Below, piece by piece: positions 63,125 to 64,000 of a stretch of DNA of 64,000 nucleotides. The DNA is from Podarcis tiliguerta (Eukaryota), in assembly GCA_965153285.1 (NCBI GenBank), contig OZ229112.1, one strand, 5' to 3'. A model generated the notes under the pieces. It searched no databases, was not told the origin of the DNA, and saw only the letters and a list, made by a program, of their open reading frames with translations. A program made the translations under genes and the position numbers. Every line of letters begins with the position of its first letter. Position 1 is the stretch's first letter.

Positions 63125-64000
63125 CTAGAGCAACCCAAGAGCCAATGAGTCAACAAGGATTTGGTTCACACATTACATTTATTCCATCATTGCTTCTAAT
63201 TATTTGCTGTTCATCAGGCATAGAATAAAGGGGACATATGGAGAAGCAAAAAGAAAGCCAAGGCAGATGCACATTAAAATATTAACTTATTTTGTAAAAG
63301 ACAGAAGAGCTCGAGTTTCCCTGAGCTACTGATGGATCAAAATTAACTTGCACCAAAATTAACTTGTACTCAGGCTATTTTTGTCCTCTTACTCACAATC
63401 TCTCTGCCTCTCATGAATGGAAGAACCCAACGCATTGTTTTTGAAGTATTGCTACACACTACTTCTACAGCTTTTCAACATGCCTGCAAAACGCCCAGTA
63501 GACTTTGGCAATTTATTTCAATAGGAACAATGGGAGCAGCAGTTCCTTTTCAAATAAAAAGAAAAAAGTACTCTTTCGCACAATAGATAATTAGCCGACA
63601 AAATATGTTGCCATAAAAATCCCCACAATCCAACTTCCATGCAGGGATGACAGGTTGCAGCTGAAGAGTCAGAGCTCCATGGTGGAGCCTGCTGGCATGC
63701 ATAAATTCCCAGCTTCAATTCCTGGCAGCTCTGGGAAGGGCTGCTATCTGAAATCCTGGTGCGCCACAGACAATCAGTGAGTTAGATGGGTCAATGGTCT
63801 GAGTTGGCATTAGGCAGCTTCCTGTGTTCCTGTTGTTAGACTCCACTGCCCATCAGGCCCAGTCATTGCTCAGGCAGGATAGAAGCTATAGTCCAACAAC
63901 TCCTGGAGGACCCTAAGTTTTCCACCCATTTGCTAAAGAGTAGTTTCCATGAATGCTGAAAGGGAGGTCCTTTTTATGTTTGGGGAGAAATTGCTTTTGT

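Overview
Vertebrate (squamate, very likely lacertid lizard) genomic DNA, judged from Sauria SINEs, Squam3-like SINEs, BovB, CR1 and L2 LINEs. Two spliced genes were reconstructed by hand. CCDC167 (+) is complete: 4 coding exons from 22477 to 46710, 97 aa, with a CpG-island promoter at about 22.1-22.7 kb. CMTR1, the cap1 2'-O-methyltransferase (-), contributes its last nine coding exons from 63124 to 50208 and converges tail-to-tail on CCDC167. Bases 1-22 kb look intergenic, and the remainder is intron filled with transposable elements. I find no clear novel multi-gene system. The most interesting signals are at the CMTR1 3' end. First, an apparent loss of the ancestral stop codon adds 23 aa. 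Second, the WW-domain exon has a poly-C splice acceptor, and skipping that exon would splice exactly into the longest ORF of the window, giving a 169-aa alternative C-terminus. Gene and repeat names are from recalled sequences, not database searches. Almost all ORFs in the supplied track are spurious or TE-derived.
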